DNA of 64,000 nt from Octopus sinensis (Eukaryota): positions 58,838,001 through 58,902,000 of the forward strand of contig NC_043012.1 in NCBI RefSeq assembly GCF_006345805.1. The letters are read 5' to 3'. Positions 53,579-64,000 of the stretch are shown here, piece by piece (position 1 is the stretch's first letter; each line of letters opens with the position of its first letter). The position numbers and the translations under genes were made by a program. The notes beneath the pieces are model-generated. The model did not search any database and was not told the origin of the DNA. It saw nothing but the letters and a program-made list of their open reading frames with translations.

Positions 53579-55805
53579 ATGCGTGCCCGTGCATTATGTG
53601 CATGACAAATCGCTGCCGTCGTTGCGCAAAGCCGTCTTCTGGTGCGTAAGGAAGCAAGGTTCTACCAGAAGCCGGCAGAGATGGTCGTCGTCAGTGGGCG
53701 GTATCGAGCACGAGTGTCTGTGTCGCTCAGCACACGAACGCGATGCGATCTCTTGAGATGCGATCTCTTGCAGCTCAATAGAGGTTCGCAAATCACAGCT
53801 GATTGAGCATTGTAATGACAAAGCTACCGTACACTGTAATTTCAAGCTAAACAACGATCGCAATGACAGCTCACTGGTTCGAATGATACAGCTCTATTCA
53901 ATGTTTGCTTCATTGACCTTCTTAATCGAGGTTGTAATATAAAGCAAATATCGATGACAGTGTGAAAATTGATCTGAGATCTATAAACATGGCAAGACAT
54001 ATTGTACATCAAGCTACAGGAAGTAGCCACCGATTCGTAAAACAACATTTAAATCTGCACCGCTTTACAAAAATGGACACTTTGAACAATATATTTGTAC
54101 AGAAAACATACAGGATGTTAACGGCTACAATGACTTTGGTTGTCGGTTTGATCTGACAGAGGTAGCCGGTGGTTAAATAAAATCAAAAGTGAAAGAAACC
54201 ATACGTAGTTGCTATATATTTTAACAATATTCAAATCTTGATGCATATTTGCCATTTGAATATGGCTAACCCATAAGGGTGGATGCTACTGTAGTTTGTA
54301 GCCCCAGGAAGATATCTCCTCCAGCTGGCTATAGACACACTATCTGTGTCCTCTCAGTATTTTTGAAGGGGAGTCATCCTCCACGTCTTCAACACATGAC
54401 ACACACGTACCCGAGTTTCAAGGTGTTTACCTTTCATCAGCGTGTGACAATCATGGTTGTCGATGAGAATTCAGATCCCTTCACAAATACATATACTTTT
54501 TCCGGTGTCGATTTGACACTGATATTGAAAAAGTGAAATCAAACAATGATAAATCTCTCTCTGACATCTTAAAGAAGGAAAAACACGTTCGTTAATGTTT
54601 GTCCCAGATACACTGTATGTGAAAGTGAACAGATGGAATGCTTGTGGTTCGAACGTCTTTAAGAATCAGATCCGCCTGAAAGATATCTAAATATAACGAT
54701 GGTTTAATTAAGGCTGTAATAATGTAACTATGGTCATAGACGTTGGTGTCTCGTTAAGAGGTTTCTTCGCAACCTTATGTAACCAGTTTAGGTTCCGCTT
54801 CTGAACGAGTTCACAGCGAAACGAAAATAATCGGGAACTCCCGCCCTCTTTAATTTTTCTTTCTATCTCTGTGCTTATGTATCCGAGTTTACATCGATGA
54901 TGAAAAATAGAAGAACAATTATAGAGGATGTATATAGCGGTTCAAATACTTGCAATGGCGTGTAGCACGATGGTTGGTTGTTATGTAAATGCATGATAAA
55001 AATGGACTGAAAAAATAGATTAATGGTCCTGCATGTGATGAGGGGTGCATGCAGCCATTCATAACCTCATTGTTATATAACCATCTCATTCATATTCATT
55101 TTATGTATTGTCCCCTCTGTGGTGTCCTTTCTGTACTTGTTTGTTCCCCTCTGTTTCGGGCCCTTGTGGCTAATAAAGAAACAGAGTTTACATCGATGAA
55201 AAACAAAAGCAAAAATCGAATGCCGTTAAATAAAAAAATACTTATCGTGATATCTCTTGTGCCCGAGTTTCACAGACATTCCATTTTCACCCAAGCTATT
55301 ACAAATGCAGAGAGGAGAATTAGATGTGTCCGGTAGAAACGCGTAGCCTACGTCACTAGTGATAAGAAAATGCGGTATTTGTAAAAAATAATATGAAAGC
55401 GAACTCAAATTACTCTGGAGATATGAAGTTTAGTAGACATATCTGAAAAGATAGAATAATTTGGCTACCGTACTCCTGTATCAGACTAGATCATTTCTCT
55501 GTCTAACTTATGTTGTTTTGCTTTTTCCTTCTCTGTATTTGATCTTCCGGACTTATAACTAAAATTATAGCAAACTTTATAATTGTTTAGTAAACAGATG
55601 TCAGTTTGCTAAAATTCAAAGATATTTATCTGGTCTTTAAAATGTCTGTCCCTCTGAAAATATATCAATATGTAAATGAAGATATTTTAGTATCCGCTTC
55701 ATAGTTCATACCATAAACACCTTATTATACATGTATGTGTGTATGCATATATGTATGTATGTACGTACGTATGTATGTATTCGTGTATATATATATGTAT
55801 ATATA

Positions 55806-56214
55806 TACTCTTTTTACTCTTTTACTTGTTTCAGTCATTTGACTGCGGCCATGCTGGAGCACAGCCTTTAATCGAGCAACTCGACCCCATGACTTATTCT
55901 TTTGTAAGCCCAGTGCTTACTCTATCGGTCTCTTTTGCCGAACCGCTAAGTAACGGGGACATTAACACACCAGCATCGGCTGTCAAGCAATGCTAGGGGG
56001 ACAAACACAGACACACAAACACACACACGTATACATTTATATACATATATACGACGGGCTTCTTTCAGTTTCCATCCACCAAATCCACTCACAAGGCTTT
56101 GGTCGGCCCGAGGCTATAGTAGAAGACACTTGCCCAAGGTGCCACGCAGTGGGACTGAACCCGGAACCATGTGGTTGGTAAACAAGCTACTTACCACACA
56201 GCCACGCCTGCGCC
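55806..56214 (-). mobile_element. tRNA-derived SINE, family A
   Basis: Full-length copy. Confidence 0.9.
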
Positions 56215-56279
56215 TATATATATATTATATATACATATATATATATATATATATTTATATTATATATTATATATATATA

Positions 56280-56325
<46 letters not shown>

Positions 56326-56797
56326 ATATAATATATATATATATTATATACATATCTATATATATATATGTATATATGTATATATATATATATATATATA
56401 TAAATATATACATACATATATATATATATGTGTGTGTGTGTATGCATATGTATATGTAAAGATGCCTATATACAGTTGCATTTTATGGTTCTTATTTCTA
56501 AAGAACGTGTAGACCAATTATGATATCATAACCGACATCTGACCATAAATACAAGAGACAATGGGTGAAAGGAGCGGTATTAAACATCGAATTTAATAAG
56601 ACAGCAGCCATCATCGAATATTTGAAAATATCATTTTTGTAGCATCTCAGCATAATCATTTCTCTTCAAGTATTTCGCTGAGAAAACAAACCACATGCTA
56701 CCTAAGTGATGACGCGAGAAGACGCTTCATGACAAAAGGAGCTCAATATATCGTTTATCATGTGAAAGACGCAAAATTCATTAAAAAATTCCTTTCT

Positions 56798-57370
56798 ACT
56801 CTAGGCACAAAGGCCAAAGTTTTTGGGGAGGGGCACAGTCGATTATTCGACTCCAGTACGCAACTGGTACTTAATTTACTGAATCCGAAAGGATGAAAAG
56901 CAAAGTCGACTTCGGCGGAATTTGAACTCAGAACTTAAAGACAGACGAAATACCTACTTCTTTACAATCCACAAGGGGCTAAACACAGAGGGGACAAACA
57001 AGGACAGACAAAGGGATTAAGTCGATTATATTGACCACAGTGCGTAACTGGTACTTAATTTATCGACCCCGAAAGGATGAAAGGCAAAGTCAACCTCGGC
57101 GGAATTTGAATTCAGAACGTGGCGGCAGACGAAATACCTATTTTTTTACTACCCACAAGGGGCTAAACACAGAGAGGACAAACGAGGACAGACAAACGGA
57201 TTAAGTCGATTATATCGATCCCAGTGCATAACTGGTACTTAATTTATCGACTCCGAAAGGATGAAAGGCAAAGTCGACCTCGGCGGAATTTGAACTCAGA
57301 ACGTAACGGCAGACGAAATACAGCTAAGCATTTCGCCCGGTGTGCTAACGTTTCTGCCAGCACGCCGCCT
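56798..57370 (-). mobile_element. head-to-tail trimer of family B SINE units
   Basis: Three copies of the body CGAAAGGATGAAAGGCAAAGTCGACCTCGGCGGAATTTGAACTCAGAAC. Only the unit at 57141-57370 keeps the complete tRNA head, and two different 3' tails are present. Confidence 0.85.
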
Positions 57371-57557
57371 TTCGAACAAAATTGACGTACGTAAGAGGGC
57401 AATAAGAGCATTTTGTACGTTATTACGCTGCATTCCACCTCTCTGCTAGTGTTAGTCTTAAAGTTACTTCCAAACCGAATTGTTAGGGGTTCAATTCCAC
57501 TGCAGTGACACCTTTGTCAAGAGCCTTCTGCTAAAGTAATTTCTACAAGTGTCATTC

Positions 57558-57795
57558 TACATTATTTACATTATCGGCTGATGTTCTCTCCAGCTTTCAT
57601 CAGGTGTCTTGGAGAAATTTCGAACCTGGGTTTTCATTCCTAAAGTATTTTTCGCTATTATTATTATTACTATTATTATTATTGTTATTATTCAGGCCAC
57701 TGCCTGGAATAGAAATCGGAATCTTGGGATTAGTAGCGCGCGCTCTTAACCACTACACCAAATATCCGTCAAATGTAAATAATGTAAATAATGTA
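57558..57795 (-). mobile_element. tRNA-headed element with (AAT)n spacer and degenerate hammerhead motif
   Basis: Minus strand has TGGTGTAGTGGTTAAGAGCG (A box, from 57760), then an (AAT)n spacer, then CUGAUGA (57603-57597), a GCUGG/UCAGC stem and GAUA. TACATTATTTACATT on the left and AATGTAAATAATGTA on the right are inverted repeats. Confidence 0.6.
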
Positions 57796-57861
57796 CATAA
57801 TTCCTCATCTCTCAAGTATAGAACTGAAGTGATATTTTATTTGTCATTTTCTTCCACCACT

Positions 57862-58040
57862 GCTTGAAAACGGGTGTTGTTTTGTTTACGTCCCCAGAAC
57901 GTAGATTTTCGGCAAAGTAGATGAATAGGATAAGTGTAGAGTTAAAAAGAAAAGTGCTGTAAGCAACTCGTTCGACTAAACACTGCAAGATGTTGCTCTA
58001 ATCTGTATTTAGTTCAGAGACTGGAGCAAGTACAAGATAA
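57862..58040 (+). mobile_element. old diverged family A SINE 3' half
   Basis: TGCTTGAAAACGGGTGTTG...GTTTACGTCCCC...TTCGGCAAA...TCGACTAAA, colinear with the family A right arm. Confidence 0.55.
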
Positions 58041-58439
58041 CGGGCATTATTATTTCGCAAATAAAGTCGAACGAATACAAATAATGTCGCTGAATAAAAT
58101 ACATTCGTGCAAATTCATATTCATCACGTTCAGCCCAATATGTGTTTTCACATATATTCTGTGGGAACAAAATTTACTTTCTCGTAACTGTTTCTGCAGC
58201 GGAAAGTTTTCTCACGTCCGAATGTGCTCGAACGTGATAAATACAATTTTACATGAATATATCGATTCGCATTTATATATAGTAAATATCCCATCTAAGT
58301 ATAGTTTCTAATGATTTTTTTTTTGCCATAATGGCATCACTAAGGTCTACCAATACCACCCTTCCACATACACAATCGATTTTCTCTTGATTTGTTCGTT
58401 TCATTTCCACACATTCGACAGCGTGCATATACATATAAT

Positions 58440-58488
<49 letters not shown>

Positions 58489-58497
58489 CAGACAGAC

Positions 58498-58560
<63 letters not shown>

Positions 58561-58562
<2 letters not shown>

Positions 58563-58939
58563 TGTTTCTTTATTAGCCACACAGAGCTGCACACAGACAG
58601 GACAAATTACAAGGTAGAGCTTTTCTTTTGGGGGTAAAAAAAGGCGGTTTGGTTTTCAATGAAAAGGTATCGTAAAAGGAAAGAAAGAGGACAAAAAATA
58701 AGGGGATAAAATTTTAAAAAAAGGGGGTGGGGGAAGGGAAAGGAAAAAAATTGATCATTAGGGATCGTTATCACAGAAATGTCAATATGAAGTGTAATGG
58801 GGAGGTTTACCCGCGGAAAGAAAAGCCTACGGAAAAGACCACGGTAACCTCGGTCAATGAGTCACATGTTACATTTATTTATTTTTTTTTGCAAATAAGC
58901 AATTCTCTGTATTAATTTTTACGGTTCATAGAATCATAG
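58561..58939 (-). mobile_element. 3'-UTR-only copy of the Tx1-like LINE, within (GATA)n
   Basis: Homologous to 59501-59949, with the same 3' terminus ...GGCTAATAAAGAAACATA followed by (TCTA)n. Confidence 0.85.
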
Positions 58940-58971
58940 ATAGATGGATAGATAGATGGATAGATAGATAA

Positions 58972-59066
<95 letters not shown>

Positions 59067-59068
<2 letters not shown>

Positions 59069-59263
59069 AAAAAATTGGTCATTAGGGATCGTTATCACAG
59101 AAATGTCAATATGAAGTGTAAAGGGGAGGTTTACCCGTGGAAAGAAAAGCCTACGGAAAAGACCACGGTAACCTCGGTCAATGAGTCACATGTTACATTT
59201 ATTTATTTTTTTTTGCAAATAAGCAATTCTCTGTATTAATTTTTACGGTTCATAGAATCATAG
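59067..59263 (-). mobile_element. partial duplicate of the 3'-UTR copy
   Basis: Matches about 58743-58939 and shares its flanking variant GATA units. Confidence 0.85.
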
Positions 59264-59313
59264 ATAGATGGATAGATAGATGGATAGATAGATAAATAGA
59301 TAGATAGATAGAC

Positions 59314-59356
<43 letters not shown>

Positions 59357-59397
59357 AAGATAGATAGACAGATAGATAGATAGACAGACATACAGAC

Positions 59398-59463
<66 letters not shown>

Positions 59464-59464
59464 G

Positions 59465-62016
<2,552 letters not shown>

Positions 62017-62838
62017 TACACATATACAGATATATATTAGAAAATCTAACAGCATTTCGATTTCCTAAGAGAATCCTATTGTTTGTACATTGCCCGTAAT
62101 TATCAAATTCTTCCTAATGTATGATTTGAATGGACACTAGATTAATTCTTGTCAAAGTGGTCAAGGGAAACATGCCAAAGAGGTGTGCGGCAATACTGAA
62201 GAAACTTTAGGAATACAGTTCAAAGTGTTTCGAATAAAAGTCTTCTTTTGAAGAACGAGGCTTTCTCTACGACTGAAAATGTAACAATTTGTTAGAGGCC
62301 TCAGCTCCAAAAATGCTTTAGTTGAGCAAATCTATACACAAAGCGTTTTCATTGGAACCATCACGTCTTTTGTATTCAGATATTACGTATCTATGACTGC
62401 CTCATTCAATGAGCTCTTCGTACTATAGACAATGCGCAGAGATTTGAAATTGATTTAGCTGTTATAACTAATCGCCGCTCGTATTCCTAAAACTCTTGAT
62501 AGCGGTGCTCCAGTATGACCGCAGTCAGATTACTAAGGCATGTAAAAGAATAGAAGATAAGAGAATATATTTTCATTGATTATTTTGTTATATTTGTAGT
62601 TAAAATTTTTTATCTTTAGTCACCATTGAAAATTTTCATCTACAGCAGCCAATAACAATACATCTACATAGAAACTGCACTTACTAGTAATAACAGTAAA
62701 TCTTCCTTAAATCAGACCATATCATCTTATAATTGTAAAAAAACAGTGGAACTATCACGGATGGAAAGCATCTTTATCGTAGATCTACAGAACTCAGACT
62801 TGATCTAGTGTTAAACAACAACATCAACAGTAACAACT

Positions 62839-63030
62839 GTGGAGGCGCAAATGGCCCAGTGGTTAGGGCAGCGGACTTGCGGTCCTAAGAACGCGGTTTC
62901 GATTCCCAGACTGGGCATTGTAAGTGTTTATTGACTAAAAGCACCTAAGCTCCATGAGGCTCCGGCGGAGGGTGTGGTGAACCCCACTGTACTCTTTCAC
63001 CACAACTTTCTCTGACTAATTCTTCCTATT
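62839..63030 (+). mobile_element. family C SINE, 5' half
   Basis: GTGGAGGCGCAAATGGCCCAGTGGTTAGGGCAGCGGAC...GGTTTCGATTCCCAGAC, colinear with about 42477-42655. Confidence 0.85.
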
Positions 63031-63324
63031 TCTGCTACAAAGCAGAAGAACCATGGTGTAACCCACTATGGTGTGGTAAACTTTCAGACCCTAATCTAGA
63101 ATGCGAACCCTGTGTACCCCAGGATGGTTCAGCTCTCCACCCGTTAAAAGCCACCGTTTACGGAATGAGGATAACAACGTAGCTTTCGCGCCCATGCAAC
63201 CGCCAAGTCTATCGCGTGCGGTCGGTGGATGTTCAAGATGCCACACGCATTCTTAGTAGCTTAGAGTAGGCTCGAATTAGAGATTATTCTTTGTGGCTAA
63301 TGACGTGAGTCCTGATTGGAAGGA

Positions 63325-63610
63325 CGAGGGAGAGGAGGGTGAGAAGAAGAAGAAGAAGAAGAAGAAGAAGAAGGAGGAGAAGAAGAAGAGAAAAAAAGAA
63401 GAAGGAGGAGGAGGTGGAATAGAACGAGAGGAAGAAGAAGAAGGAGGAGGAGGAGGAGAAGAAGAAGAAGAGGAAGAGGAAGAAGAAGAAGAAGAGAAGA
63501 GAAGAAGAGAAAGCAACAACTTCAATAACATCAAGAACAGCAATAACAACAACGTCGACGACGTCAAAAGCAATAACAACAACATCGTTTGCCTTCGTCG
63601 ACAACATACT
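63325..63610. repeat. (GAA)/(GAG)/(AAC) low-complexity tract
   Basis: Direct reading of the sequence. Confidence 0.9.
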
Positions 63611-64000
63611 ACACGGTAGCCCTTGAAACATTCGATAATGCATAGAACTGCATAAAACCCACCCACCCACCCCTACCTCAGCGCTCACCGCAAATTGGAC
63701 TCGCCAGCAGCTTCCTCTTCGTTGAACGGTGTAAGGCACTTTTAGAGAAATCTGAAGATTTCAGTGTAGAAGTCTCTACATTGAGAAGCCATATATGCCG
63801 TTCCATTTAATAGATATTCATCCTGTAGTACATACCATTGAGTTTCGAGTTTCAAATGACTAAATGATATTTCTAGAAGACGACAAAGATTCCCTCTTTG
63901 TCTCCTGTCGCTCTTCCACCACAAACAGCTACGTTGTTCATGAAAAGAACAATCTATACGTACATATATACATGCAGGCATACATACATACATACATACA

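Noticed and set aside
54027-54690. Plus-strand exon-like segments (PLYKNGHFEQYICTEN...; DTLYVKVNRWNACGSN...)
   Set aside because: Splice phases are inconsistent, acceptors are weak, and there is no recognisable family.
56798-57370. Regular repeat units resembling a CRISPR or spacer array
   Set aside because: The units are ~155-230 bp SINE bodies without unique spacers, the DNA is eukaryotic, and there are no cas genes.
63690-63900. Minus-strand exon-like segment ending at a GTGAGC donor
   Set aside because: Several frames are open over a short span, there is no homology I can recognise, and it lies at the window edge.

Overview
AT-rich, microsatellite-saturated animal DNA. The tRNA-derived SINE families and the (TA)n/(CA)n/(GATA)n load suggest a coleoid cephalopod, probably Octopus (inference). 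No host protein-coding gene can be supported with confidence, and almost all ORFs in the supplied track are microsatellite read-throughs. The window is a mosaic of transposable elements: four or five tRNA-headed SINE families, three Tc1/mariner relics, fragments of CR1/L2-type and R4/Dong-type LINEs, a 2.4 kb 5'-truncated Tx1/L1-clade LINE sitting in a (GATA)n array, and an internally deleted Ty3/Gypsy element with both LTRs, PBS, PPT and a 5-bp TSD. The most interesting object is at 22464-23216. It is a 1.55-unit tandem repeat of a 485-bp non-coding monomer inserted in (TA)n. Each unit carries a complete type I hammerhead ribozyme fold with an unusually long stem II, and the monomer folds into a nested, highly base-paired structure. 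This is the architecture of a retrozyme, a non-autonomous retroelement that makes circular RNA. Further degenerate hammerhead-like motifs occur in Penelope-like repeat ends and in a tRNA-headed element.
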